From Chiloscyllium plagiosum (lineage: Eukaryota), in the NCBI RefSeq assembly GCF_004010195.1, contig NC_057751.1, positions 13,499,327-13,539,006 on the forward strand: a stretch of DNA of 39,680 nucleotides, given 5' to 3'. The position numbers and the translations under genes were made by a program. Each line of letters begins with the position of its first letter. Position 1 is the first letter of the stretch. Positions 1-11,952 of this stretch are shown here, one piece after another. The notes beneath the pieces were generated by a model. That model did not search any database, had not been told where the DNA came from, and saw nothing but the letters and a program-made list of their open reading frames with translations.

Positions 1-2420
1 ATAAGACCTTCCCTCCAGACCAGGCAACATCCTGGTAAATCTCCTCTGCACCTTTTCCAATGCTTCCACATCCTTCCTGAAATATGGGGACCAGAACTGT
101 ACACAATATTCCAAGTGTGGCTGCACCAGTGTTTTGTATAGTTGCAACATGATATTGCGGCTCCAGAACTCAATCCCTCTATAAATAGAACCTAACATAC
201 CGAATGCCTTCTTAACAGCACTATCCACCTGGGTGGCAACTTTCAGGAATCTATGTACATGGACTCCAAGATCCCTCTGCACATACACACTACCAAGAAT
301 CTTTCCATTGACCCAGTACTCTGCTTTCCTGTTATTCTTCCCAAAGTGCATCACCTCAGATTTAGCTGCATTGAACTCCATTTGCCACCTCTCAGCCCAA
401 TTCTGCAGTTTATCCAAGTCCCCCTGCAATCTGTAACATTCTTCCAAACTACTACTCCACCGACTTTAGTGTCGTCTGCAAATTTACTTATCCATCCACC
501 TATGCCTGCGTCATCATTTATAAAAATGACAAACAGCAGTGGTCCCAAAACAGATCCTTGTGGCACATCACTAGTAACCAGACTCCAGGCTGAATATTTT
601 CCATCAACCACCACTCACTGCCTTATTTCAGAAAGCCAGTTTCTAATCCAAACTGCTAAATCAATTTCATGGCTCTGCATTTTCTCCAAGAGCCTACCAT
701 GCGGAACCTTATCAAAGGCTTTACTGAAGTCCATGTATACCATGTCAACAGCCCTAACCTCATCTACATGCTTGGTCACCTTCTCAAAAACTCAATGAGG
801 TTTGTGAGACACATTCAGAAAGCCAGTTTCTAATCCAAACTGCTAAATCAATTTCATGGCTCTGCATTTTCTCCAAGAGCCTACCATGCGGAACCTTATC
901 AAAGGCTTTACTGAAGTCCATGTATACCATGTCAACAGCCCTAACCTCATCTACATGCTTGGTCACCTTCTCAAAAACTCAATGAGGTTTGTGAGACACA
1001 ACCTGCCCTTGACAAAACCATGTTGACGGTCTGAAATCAAATTGTTGCTTGCTTGATGATTATAAATCTTATCTCTTATCATCCTTTCCAAAACCTTTCC
1101 TACAACAGAAGTAAGGCTCACTGGTCTATAATTACCTGGGTCATTTCTACTGCCCTTCTGGAACAAGGGCACAACATTTGCAATCCTCCAGTCCTCTGGT
1201 AGTAAACATTTCGACAATGACGACTTAAATATCAAAGCCAAAGGCTCTGCTATCTCCTCCCTAGCTTCCCAGAGAACCCTCGGATAAATCCCACCCAGCC
1301 CAGGGGACTTGTCTACTTTCGAGAATTGATAACACCTATTTGTAACTAACCTCGATCGTTTCTAGTCTAATATCTCGTACCTCATTCTTCTCCTCTACAA
1401 TATTCTCCTTTTCCTGAGTGAAAACCGATGAGAAATGTTCGTTTAGCACCTCTCCGATCTCCACAGGGTCCACACTCAACTTCCCACTTCTGTCTTTTCA
1501 CACTCAACTTCCCACTTCTGTCTTTGACTGGCCCTATTTCTATCCTAATCATCCTTTTATTCCTCACATACCTATAGAAAGCTTTAGGGTTCTCCTTTCT
1601 TCTATTTGCTAAAGACTGCTCGTGTCCTCTCTTTGCTCTTCTTAACTCTCTGTTTAAATCCTTCCCAGCTGACCAGTAACTCTCCATCGCCTCATCTGAA
1701 CCATCTTGCCTCATCAAGACATAAGCCTCCTTCTTCTTTTTAACAAGTGATGCAATTTCTGTAGTAAACCATGTTTCCCTTATCTTATCACTTCCTCCCT
1801 GTCTCGCAGGGACATACCTATCAAGGGCATGCAAAATCTGTTCCTTAAACCAGCTCCACATTTCCATTGTCTGCATCCCTGCATTTTGCTACCCCATGCA
1901 TCCTAATTCTTGCCTGATCACATTATAATTGCCCTTACCCCATCGATAACTCTTGACCTGTGGCATGTACCTATCCCTTTCCATCGCTAAACTAAACATA
2001 ATTGAATTATGGTCACTCTCTCCAAAATGGTCACCTACATTTAAATCAAACCTGGCCTGGTTCATTACCAAGCACCAGATCCAGTGTGGCTTCCCCTCTT
2101 GTTGGCCCTTTGATATACGAGTGTCAGGGTTTCCAGTGTCAGGAAACCCTCCTGCACACATTGGACATCCGACGTACTGGAGTTATAGCATTTCCAGTTA
2201 ATGTTGGGGAAGTTAAAGTCCACCCTGTTCCTTTCACTCCTGCCCAGAATAATTTTGCCAATTCTTCGCTTCCAACTCCCTGGAACTCTGCAGAGGCCTA
2301 TAAAAAAACTCCAAGTAGTGTGACCTCTTCTCTCCTGTTTCTAAGCTCAGCCCACACTACCTCAGTAGATGAATCCTCATCAAAAGTTCTCTCAGCCACC
2401 GTTATACTATCCTTGACTAA
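1..2420 (-). mobile_element. Decayed CR1-clade LINE (ORF2 endonuclease to RT), running off the left edge
   Basis: Minus-strand ORF fragments with CR1 motifs: GESDHN (EN), [45 protein letters not shown]; frameshifts and stops throughout. Confidence 0.95.
627..1000. repeat. 187-bp tandem duplication inside the CR1 RT region
   Basis: 627-813 and 814-1000 look identical by eye (ttcagaaagcc...gtgagacaca). Confidence 0.95.
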
Positions 2421-2845
2421 CAAATACTATCCTTGAAGTTTACTGAGGATGGTGAATGGCTGGTGAGTCAGAACAGCATTTGAGCAGTCAAAGTTAAAGG
2501 TGAGAAATGCAAAAATCCTGACTATAGCATTTTAAGGACAACGATAGAACAGGATATTGACACCGTAATTGTGGAAATCAGCAATCTTAGCAATGGAAAT
2601 CATCGGATCATAGAAATTGTGAAACTTGGGTCAAATAGAATGCCAAAAAATCTGATTTATTACAAAACAGGGAGGGAAATGAAACTGGTTATGAGGCTAA
2701 AATTAATGGCTTTGGCAATCCCAATATTTATCTGTTGGAGACTAGATGCTGAACGAGTATTCTATCAACATAGTTGACTCAGAAGGGATATGGTGAGATG
2801 CACAATAGATAGAAGTGAATATAGTTGACCGAGATGTGAGAGTTG

Positions 2846-3059
2846 AGTCAAGATTGGAGTGGTGCTGGAAAAGCACAACTGGCCAGGCAGCATCCAAGGA
2901 GCAGGAAAATCGACATTTCGGGCAAAAGCCCTTCATCAGGAACACTTTTTGCCGAAACGTCAATTTTCCTGGTCCTTGGATGCTGCCTGACCTGCTGTGC
3001 TTTTCCAGCACCACTCTAATCTTGACTCTAATCTTCAGCATCTGCAGTACCCACCTCTG
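2846..3059. mobile_element. Palindromic PLE-terminal derivative, family A, with HHR motif
   Basis: Arms are reverse complements meeting at about 2943; the minus strand reads CTGATGA-A-GGGC-TTTT-GCCC-GAAATGTC; flanked by agatgtgagagttg (2832-2845) / agatgtgggagttg (3063-3076). Confidence 0.85.
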
Positions 3060-3737
3060 CCTAGATGTGGGAGTTGCCCTAGTCTTTGCAGATGATACAT
3101 GAGAAAACGAGAAACTGAAGAAGGAGGAGTAAGGATAACTTGTTGGGGAAGACGCCAAAGATAACAGCCTGGGTGCAGAAAATAAGCAGACACTGTGGAG
3201 ACAATATTCTTCCTATGTTCAGATTGGTAAGAATGAACAAAGGCAGTTGCACTCCGCTGCACCAAGGGGAGTCATGTATAGTGGGCCACTATGTCAAAGA
3301 CTGTAGACTGATGCGTGTGATATGAAATAATACACTGTAATTAGTGGTTATCATTTGTATTTCCAGTTAGAACCGTTTCAGTCTGACTGGGACAGAAATA
3401 CAATCAGAGGTTCAAATCTGTAGCTGCAGAAAGATAGGTATAGGTTTAGTTTGATTTGTGGACTGGAAAAGGAAAAATGAGTACACTGTATTTGTTTTTG
3501 AAGATGGAGCGATAATGGTAGTTTCCAATGTGGAGGAATAGCACCTGAGAGAGGTAATGTACTGGGATATACTATGTACTAATCCAGCTTGTTAATTGAT
3601 CTTTGAAATTCAGTTTTTAAAACTGAAAATTTCTTCTCGATGCATCTAGGTGAGAATTAAATGAGCAGTTTGGTACTTTTCAATGTGCTTAAGAGATCCT
3701 CAAGAGAATCGAACTTCCTCTTATGCACTCATAGGTA

Positions 3738-3858
3738 AGAAGGGCTCATGCCCGAAACGTCGATTCTCCTGCTCCTTGGATGCTGCCTGACCTGCTATGC
3801 TTTTCCAGCAACACACTTTCAGCTCTGATCTCCAGCATCTGCAGTCCTCACTTTCTCC
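3738..3858 (+). mobile_element. Single-arm PLE-terminal fragment, family A
   Basis: agaagggctcatgcccgaaacgtcgatt...ctgcagtcctcac; imperfect flanking direct repeats at 3716-3737 and 3856-3876. Confidence 0.85.
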
Positions 3859-4038
3859 TCTTTGCACTCAAAGGTACTAAAGATTACTTTCGTTGAATCA
3901 CTTACTTTGTTTTTCATTCATGGATTTGCAATACTCCTTTGTTAAAAAACAATGAAGAATGGTATACTAAAGGCAAGTGACAAGTAGTGAAAACTATTTG
4001 ACCAGCAGTCCTATACTGCATAAACTATTGCAATAACA

Positions 4039-4263
4039 AGTTTGCACATTCTCCCCGTGTCTGTGTGGGTTTCCTCCGGGTGCTCCGGTTTCCTCCCACA
4101 GTCCAAAAATGTACAGGTTAGGTGAATTGGCCATGCTAAATTGCCCATAGTGTTAGGTGAAGGGGTAAATGTAGGGGAATGGGTCAGGGTTGGTTGCTCT
4201 TCGGCGGGTCGGAGGGTTGTTGGGCAGAAGGACCTGTTTCCATACTGTAAGTAATTTAATCTA
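4039..4263 (+). mobile_element. 5'-truncated HE1-like V-SINE
   Basis: V-domain tttgcacattctccccgtgtc...ggtttcctcccacagtccaaa, plus a CR1-derived tail (cctgtttccatactgta...aatctaa). Confidence 0.85.
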
Positions 4264-4494
4264 AAAAAAATGTCCAGTTTCAGAAAGTATAGAATTATAG
4301 AATCAAGATTCCCAAAAATACAAACTTACTGTATGTTTCATTACCAAATTCAAATTTAACCATCTAAAAATAACCTCAGGTGGGTGAGCATGTGGACGAG
4401 GGTTATAGGACCCTTACTGGAGGAAATACCATCAAAATATGGATGAAATAATACTCAAATTTGGAAACAACATGCTCAGTCTGGAAACAATATT

Positions 4495-5190
4495 ACATGT
4501 TAGAAGTAAGCCATTAAGTCCTTTGAGCTAATTACACAATTTAGTTAAATCTTGGCTGATGTAAATTTTAAGTGAAGGTGAGGACTGCAGATGCTGGAGA
4601 TTAAAGTCAAGATTAGAGTGGTGCAGGAAAAGCACAGCAGGTCAGACAGCATCCGAGGAGCAGGAAAATCGACTTTTCGGGCAAAAGCGATGAAGGAATT
4701 TTACCCGAAACGTCGAAGTTCCTGCTCCCCGGATGCTGCCTGACCTGCTGTGCTTCACCAGCACCACTCTAATCTAGATGGAAATTTTAACTCCATTTAC
4801 TCATGTTCATTCAATTTCACTGTACACCCCTGCCTAACCCATCAATCTTAGTTTTGAAAATTTCAACACTTTAATTTCCACAGTTTTTCAATCGAGCTTG
4901 GTTGGGGGTTGGGGGTATGCTCAGATTTCCACATGTGGAAGAATTGCTTCCCACATCACTGTTGAATCCCCAAGTCTAATTTTAAGATTATGCCCCTTTG
5001 TTCTGGAGTTCCTTGAAGACAATACCTTATCAAATCCCTTAATCATCTTAAATACATCCAGCAAGTCATCCTTTAATCTTTGACACTTGAGGAAACACAA
5101 ACCTATGTAAACCTGTACTGTGCTATTTATTTGACTCTTTTAGACCCAGTGTCATTCTAGTGAGTCTGTGTTGCAGATCCTCCAAATGCA
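4495..5190 (-). mobile_element. Old, highly degraded CR1-type 3' end, interrupted by the 4572-4776 element
   Basis: Remnants such as ttaagattatgcccctttgttctgga and ccttatcaaatcccttaatcatctt resemble the reverse complement of the CR1 3' ends elsewhere in the window. Confidence 0.5.
4572..4776. mobile_element. Palindromic PLE-terminal derivative, family A
   Basis: Inverted arms joined at 4689/4690 within HHR stem II and core; flanks gatgtaaattttaa (4558-4571) / gatggaaattttaa (4777-4790). Confidence 0.85.
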
Positions 5191-5250
5191 ATAGGTTAGT
5201 CACTTAAAAAGAGTGACTATGAACAGTCTGGATCGCAACATAGATGCGAA

Positions 5251-5465
5251 TTGATTTGGAGATGCCGATGTTGGACTGGGGTGTACAAAGTTAAAAATCA
5301 CACAATACCAGGTTATAGTCCAACAGGTATAATTAGAAGCACCAGCTTTTCAAGCACTGCTTCCTCATCAAGTGGACAATCACCTGATGATGGAGCAGCA
5401 CTCCGAAAGTTAGAGCTTCTAATTAAACCTGCTGGACTATAACCTGGTGTTGTGCGATTTTTAAC
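5251..5465. mobile_element. Palindromic PLE-terminal derivative, family B, with two opposed HHR motifs
   Basis: 5290-5374 is the diverged reverse complement of 5381-5465, with a 6-nt spacer; same family as 15731-15850. Confidence 0.8.
5381..5415 (+). ncRNA. Minimal type I hammerhead ribozyme motif, family B (degenerate)
   Basis: CAC-CTGATGA-T-GGAG-CAGCA-CTCC-GAAAGTTA-GAG; the sister copy at about 15735-15760 supplies AGCTA-GTG, which restores the palindromic stem III and the CAC/GTG stem I. Confidence 0.7.
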
Positions 5466-5809
5466 TCGGTGCTAATTTTTAGTATACAACAAAGAATTGT
5501 GGATGCTGAAAATCTGAAAAAAAAACTAAAATTGCAGGTCTGTCAGCAATTTTCAAAGTAGCTAAAGATAGTTAGGCTGAAAACACTCCACTGAATCATA
5601 CGAGGACAATGACAGAGACTTTGCTGCTATACCACAGTGATGGTTATTTTGTTAGTGCTTTGTATTCTGAGGACAATCAGTTCACATAATTGAACTATCT
5701 CAAAATTAACATCATTCACATATTTTGTCACGATGCAGCATGGAACTGGCAGGGTAATTCCCAGTTCCTGTCTCTTCACAGTGATATATTTTTAAATTAA
5801 TTATTTTCA

Positions 5810-5900
5810 ATGTGGGAATTCAACACTAATTGCCCTTGGAAAAGTGGTGGCGAGCCATCTTCTTGAATCGCTGCAGTCCGTGTGATGTCAGTAAACCATC
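5810..5900 (-). mobile_element. Fragment of an old LINE/SINE 3' tail
   Basis: ctaattgcccttggaaaagtggtgg is the reverse complement of the tail family seen at about 33700-33760. Confidence 0.5.
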
Positions 5901-6591
5901 CCATGGAAAATGTGAACGTGAGTGATGTGTGACAATTTCATTTATAATCCAGGCAAATGTAAAACTAAGAAATTGAAATAGGAGCTTATGCATAAGTAAC
6001 AAGTTATACCCGGTTATTTTTGTTGAAAATAAATAGCTGTGCTCACAAAAGCTTTCTTAAGACATACCCCTTCCTAAATATCGTGGTTTCTATTTTCATT
6101 TTGGGTTTCAAAATTCTTTGAAAAAAACATTCAATCATCTGAAAGCATTTCTTTCCAATGGCTCCTCAGCAGAAAGATAAGTTCTACTCCATATTGTGTC
6201 TAATTTGAATACAAAATTAGTGAGATTAATCTTATATTTGTAACATATGAGTGGATGTTTGATGGGGAAAAGAGTATCTTCTGTCAATGGATAAAATAAT
6301 AATTTACAACTAAAAATGAAAGCAGTTTCAAACACAAATTAGTGTGCATGTTCTTTGTATTTTTATTGAATGCATATGAAATTCTGGAATTTGCAGGTTA
6401 TTAATAGTTTACTTTGCTAAATTATTTTCATTCTCTTTATGACTGTCAAACTCAGTAAATGTGGGGACATCTGAAGGAGGTTATAAAATTTAATCCTTGG
6501 TCAGAATTATAGTTTGATCAACTTCACATTTAATTCGAGACACAAATGGCACAACCATTGATTTTAAAGAGCACTAATTCTTTCAACTTAC

Positions 6592-6776
6592 CTGCATAAT
6601 GTTATTTTAAACTGTGTCCCTCACCTCAGACTTACAATGGAAAAGAATAACGCGACTTGGTTATTCATTAATAAGCACCTAAAGAACACCTGTTGGAATA
6701 GAAAGATCTGACAAATATTTCTTTTAAAAAACGGAACTCGAATGGAACTGCCCAGCTGCACAATGAAGCTGCTTCC
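6592..6776 (-). other. Candidate exon of an unidentified transcript, with alternative donors
   Basis: Acceptor poly-T ctctctcaataag|G at 6776; donors ATT|GTAAGT (6636), GAG|GTGAGG (6625) and ATGCAG|GTAAGT (6592). Confidence 0.45.
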
Positions 6777-6905
6777 CTTATTGAGAGAGAAAAAAAAAAA
6801 ATCACTCTTGGAAAAGTACGATTCTTTCTTCGATCAAAATATTATTTATTCTTCGGGCGCCTCTTGTATGGTCCTTCTGCTACATGCCTTGATATGATGA
6901 CTCAC

Positions 6906-6981
6906 AGATGACGTGTGCAGGAGTACTGTTTGTAAACCTCAAGCCCATGTGCGTGCAGCCAGCATGACTTGCCAAGACTGC
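6906..6981 (-). other. Candidate 76-nt exon
   Basis: Branch-point-like gctaac then tgtttggcag|GCAGTC...CATCT|gtgagt; locally GC-richer than the flanks. Confidence 0.35.
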
Positions 6982-8703
6982 CTGCCAAACAGTTAGCATG
7001 CCATCTCTCTAACCTTTCCATGAGGCCTCTTTACCACGTGAATGTCAGAGCTAAACATAATTTCAGTATTAGTACAAAAAAACCAAAAGTATTTACCATG
7101 TCCAACCACCACTCTCCTCATCAACTGTATTTCATTTACAAATAGTTCATTTACTTCAGAATTTCGTAAATATGATTTTTTTTCCTAAAATACAGCATGT
7201 TAAAAAAAATTAATTTGGAAGCAAAACCTTGAGCTGTTTTTGACTCATTATCAAGTATACGTCTTTCCATTTGCACAGACCATATCATCAAACATTTGTG
7301 ATGCAAGTTGTCACTGTTATTGTTTGTTCATGAGATCCAACCATTTTACTACATCAAATCTCAGCATTTCACGCTGACCTACTGATTGCAGACAAATAAA
7401 TGGAAAAGTATAGCACTTCTAATTTTAGAAAAGATAATTAAATAAAGACTACTCCTGTCAATTAATGGATCAATATAAGTATTACACATGCAAATAACTA
7501 AACATAATTATGATTAATTTAGTGATATTGTGAATCAATTACTTTTTCTAAAACATCGACAAGACTGACCCAATCCTTGGAAATTATAGCGAGATTATTT
7601 TTGGGGCAACTAACATTTCATCAAATACATCAGATAATGCATAACTAATTGCTCATTCATGAACAAATTAAATGCCTTGTCAATTTGAATGTGAAAGAAT
7701 ACATGATGCACATTGGAAAACATTGTAGTTAATTAATCTTAAAAGTTTAAATACAGACTGCCTTTCTGTTAGTTTTGTGAGATGGAAACTCTCATAAAAA
7801 AAGAGGAAGGTTAGCATGCAAAAGCACTTGACTGAGGAATTACTTAAGACATTGGGCACACTGCAACAGCACGCCCCTCTAGACAACCCTTTTCAATAAT
7901 TACCATACCAGAAAAAATGCATCTGCTAACTCTTGAAACACTATTTAATCTCTTCAGTAACATCAAACAGTGAAACAAAAGCACAGAGGATGACACTTCA
8001 ATTCAGAATGCAATTCCTGGCATATTTTGTTTGTTAAAGTTTGAGTTTTTTGCATGTTTTATAGTGTTAACATTTAAATACAACATCAACCGACGGCTGC
8101 AAAGTCCAAAGAAATTTCAGTTGCTAATTTATAACCTTGGTACAACTCTCCAAGCTAAAATGAAAAACCATCCACTAGATCTTACAGAAACAGTAACAGT
8201 ACTCCAATATTACTAAAAAAGTAGCCTGAAATGCTTTACACAAATAACTTTGTGCCAAGGTTATGAAGGAACAAATTCCAAACACATGCAGAACCTGGCT
8301 ATTAAACAGAGTGTCCTTTTTCACAATCCTCACTAGTATTTTCATAGACACTTGTGTATGCTTTGATATTTTTTAGTTTGGTGCTTCCTTTGTTTCTGCC
8401 CTGCTATCTTTGGCTTCATAGCTGTTGTACATAATTCTTATCTTTCAGAAGAAAATTTACATTACCTTGTTTTCTGACAAGGTAAGCTTTTGTTGGCCAC
8501 ACCAGAGAATTTTTTTCAAATTCTTCTTCACATCAAAAAAAAACAATTTCTATTTTGAATCATAATACAGCAGATATGAATATATGACGATGTTTCCCTC
8601 TTGTTCTTCACACTATTTCCACTGGAGTCAGAGCTTTGATCCCTCTCAATTAAAATTATTGTCCACATTAAAGTAAAGCTTTCAAAAAATGCACTGAATT
8701 TAC

Positions 8704-8760
8704 CTTTTCAGCCAGTGTTTGCTTCTTTCTCTGAGCTTTTGTATTGTCTTTGTTCCCCAC
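8704..8760 (-). other. Candidate 57-nt exon (VGNKDNTKAQRKKQTLAEK if phase-0 coding; may be UTR)
   Basis: Strong acceptor (long U tract, ttttctctgcag|G) and donor AAG|gtaaat; peptide not recognised. Confidence 0.6.
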
Positions 8761-9057
8761 CTGCAGAGAAAAAAAAATCAAGCACAAAAAAAATCAATTA
8801 AAAAATTCGACAGAGAAATCTAACACAAGCGAGCCCATAACACTGAAAATGGCAATAAAATTGACCTGGATGCATGGTCATTAAACTAAGAGATACATTT
8901 TGCAAGCATAGGCAACAATTATCTATTTCAAAAATTAGTATATTGTGAATAGTTTGCAGTTCGTTAACAATATAACAAAATATAACACCAGATGGAGCTG
9001 GGAACTAGAGCCCTTTTTTTAAAAAAATAGCCTTCAAAAGCTTCTAAAGATATATAC

Positions 9058-9234
9058 CTACACTACACCCTCTATCTTGCAACACTCCTCTGTAACAGTC
9101 TCTACTTCCTCCATCAGAGGTAGACGCTACCAGGCAGCCATCTTGCCTCCTTCTCCTTGAGCTATGTTACGGGCACCCGTGGTACATTAGGTTTTTTTAT
9201 CCTGACTTGAGCATCATTATCGTACTGCTGAGCG

Positions 9235-9265
<31 letters not shown>

Positions 9266-9600
9266 ACTCACTCTAACCTTCCCAGCCCCCACTTCCCCCT
9301 CTACCAGTCGCGACTTAAAACGTGACAAGCATGTCCACTGCCTACTCAGACTCCTCCAGAACAACCAATCAGCAAAAACCCGGAGAAAGAGAGTGGAGGA
9401 TGGGCTGGTTATGTTAGTTACTTGTCAAGTATCTTCCTCATTTAAGCTTCCTAAACAATACTACCCCTATGTGGTATCTGTGCAAGCCATCAGCATGAAA
9501 TCAGCAGTAAACTGTGGAGTGGAGTAGCGAACGGAAGTGCCGGCTCAAAACCAGCTGCACACAGCTGAACTAAGACCCATTTCCTTATGAGTCACGTGTA
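9058..9600 (-). promoter_or_regulatory. Candidate promoter and first exon of the - strand transcript
   Basis: NF-Y box AACCAATCAG (CCAAT 9365-9369), ETS CGGAAGT (9532-9538), CAGCTG twice (9552, 9562), TGAGTCA/CACGTG (9588-9598), G-rich tract at about 9282-9300 on -, YY1-type CAAGATGGC on - (9137-9145), donor TAG|GTATAT at 9058. Confidence 0.45.
9235..9260. repeat. (CT)13 microsatellite
   Basis: Read directly; followed by (CACT)3. Confidence 0.95.
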
Positions 9601-10321
9601 AACCCTGTAATTCTAGATGCATTTGGGGGAAGGGAGCACAACATAGCCATAGAGAAATGAGGCATTGTTCGGAATTGTTCTTTAAAGGTTTTGCTGTTGC
9701 CTGTTAATTTTTGGAATCAAACATCTGACAGTTTTTTTAAATTTACTAACTCTCTTTACACTTAGTGTGTTGCATAAGAAAGCTGTGCCTCACACTTCAC
9801 AGCGTGTTGCATATAGCCTCATATCCTGGATCAAAGGTCAAAGTTTGCTACAATAATAGTACCGCCACATATTGTTCAATCTATTTCTGCTCCCGCAGCA
9901 ATTTTAAAAAGCACTGCTTAGAAACTGATTCTAATGGGACAAAACAATTTTTTTAAAAAATGTAAACGTAAGCTGGAATTCTCAGGAATTTCGGATCAGA
10001 AGCAAAATGCTTCCATCACTTCAGATTCTCTTGGCTTCAGTATTTACCACCGTTTCTTTATATTGACTCAGGTTGATCTGTTCCTGTTCACTTTTGATTT
10101 CTTGAAGGTCGTGTTTCTGAATTGCCATTGTTTGCAAGTAGCTCCTGATATTCCATCTCTCACTGCTGTTTTCAGGCTGAAGCTCCTCTTTTAGCTTTTG
10201 ATCGTCTCTTTTGACTGCGTTCTTTTACTGTCTTCAACTACCCCTTTTGTCCTTGTGGTTTCTGTTTTTCCTTATTTCCCAACACATTCTCCTAACATGT
10301 ACTGCTTTCATAATTACTTTC

Positions 10322-11952
10322 TGTAGTGAATGGAACGACGTCTCATTGAATTTGAGTTCCTTTATTGGAGCTGTTAACCTGGCACAATCAGGGAGCCCTG
10401 GCTGACTGATATAAACAGGAGTGTTAGGAGTTCTGCTCACTTTAGGATCCAGCTCTGTGCGAGCTGGGACAGTGTCATATGGTATACACGTGTAAATGGA
10501 TTTTAAATAAATGGTGAACCTCTCATCTCAGCTGGATAAATACCCTTTCCCTCGCATACAGGACATATACGCAAAACTGGCTGGGGGTTGCTGACCTTCT
10601 CAAAGCTAGACACGAACCATGTGTACCTGCATTTGCTATTAGGTGGTGATTCCCAGAGGTATGCTACAATTAACATCCATAAGCATATGAGGCTATCTTT
10701 TGGGGTATCATTAGCCCGAGCCATTTTCCAACAGATGATGGAAAACATTTTACAGGGTCTACCTTTATTTGGATGACGTGCTAATCACCTGGAAGATCAA
10801 TAATAAAGACCACTTAGAGAACATGGACATAGTGCTTAACGGTTTCTCCAAGATTGGGGTTCACCTTAGGAAGGAAAAGTGTTCCTGGCACCCCAAGGAA
10901 GCTACTTGGGGTACAGAGTCAGCAAGATCACGTTTCACTTGTTGGAAGATAAAGAGAGGATTATCAAAGGTGCCCCGGCTCCTTCGTCTGTATAGAAGCT
11001 TAGGCTTTTTACTCCGGTTGGTGAATTATCATGGAAAATTCATTCTGGCACTCTTACAATTGCTGTTGAAAAAGGTTCAGCCTTGGGAATGGACTCACAG
11101 CCAAGATGTAGCCTTTCAGGATGTGCAGCAGCTGTCGTCACATTACGATCCCAAGCAAGATGCGATGCTGATGTGGAATGCCTCTCCGTATGGTTTTGGT
11201 GCAGTGTTGGCTCAGTTTAGAGGAATGGCCAACAGCACATGCTTCCCGGACTTTGGTTGATGTCAAACGAAGACGGGCCAAAAAGAGGAGGAAGGATTGG
11301 CGGTCATTTTTGGTGTGAGAAAGTTCCATCAATACGTTTACCAACATAAATGTGTAATAGTAACAGACCACAAACCCCTGCTAGGGCTACTTAAAAAGGA
11401 TAGGGCCATGCGCCCAAAGCTTCAGATCAAATTCAGTGGTGGACTCTTATTTTGAGTGCATACAATCACAAGTTGGAACAATATCCAGGAGGCCAAATGG
11501 CAAATGTAGATGCCTTGAGCTGTCTCCCATTGGTAGATATACCACTGGTTGTGCCACCACTGGAAGAGGTCCGTAATGGTTTTCTGGACACCCCCTCACG
11601 ACTGATAATATCTTACTTGGATATCTTACAAAAAAGATCCCATTCTGACAAAACTAAAACAAATGGTGGTGATGGGGGAAACAAAAGGGGCATCACAACC
11701 AGAATTGAAACCTTTCTGGACCCAGTGAGACCAGATCACCACAGAGCACAGCATATTATTAAGGGCAGCAAGAATGATTGTTCTAAGCAAAGTCAGCAAA
11801 GATACTGGGTGAACTCCACCAGGGTCATCCAGGGGTTTCCAGAATGAAGATATTGGCAAGAAGTTACGTCTAGTGGCCAGGATTGGATGCCGACATAGCC
11901 GCATTGGTGGGGCAGTGCCCAGAGTGCCAGCAAGGACAACTTTACTGACAGC
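10322..11952 (+). mobile_element. Outer Ty3/Gypsy element, left part (probable LTR piece, RT, RNase H, IN zinc finger); gag/PR deleted
   Basis: YPFPRIQDIYAKL, FSKLD, RLSFGV, YLDDV (about 10765), ASPYGFGAVL, TDHKPL, NVDALS, CPECQ; TG-initiated LTR-like stretch from 10322 (boundary uncertain). Confidence 0.85.

Noticed and set aside
2126..2150. Small inverted repeat agggtttcc/ggaaaccct
   Set aside because: Local rearrangement within dead CR1 sequence with no sign of function.
2846..5465. Palindromes as MITEs, pre-miRNAs or CRISPR-like repeats
   Set aside because: Unequal arms, long variable TSDs, homology to the end of a coding PLE, and no regular repeat-spacer array.
6898..6914. AP-1/CRE motif pair (TGACTCA, TGACGT)
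   Set aside because: Overlaps the candidate GTGAGT donor; short motifs alone are not evidence of an enhancer.
8777..8788. miR-218-like ttgtgcttgat on -
   Set aside because: Only 11 nt match, inside a polypyrimidine tract, with no hairpin.
9139..9156. miR-31 look-alike (ggagaaggaggcaagatg on -)
   Set aside because: Similarity ends after AGGCAAGATG and there is no complementary 3' arm for a precursor hairpin.
10044..10223. Purine-rich ~60-codon stop-free frame on - (KRDDQKLKEELQ...KKRW*)
   Set aside because: No convincing acceptor or start context and no recognisable protein; could be compositional.
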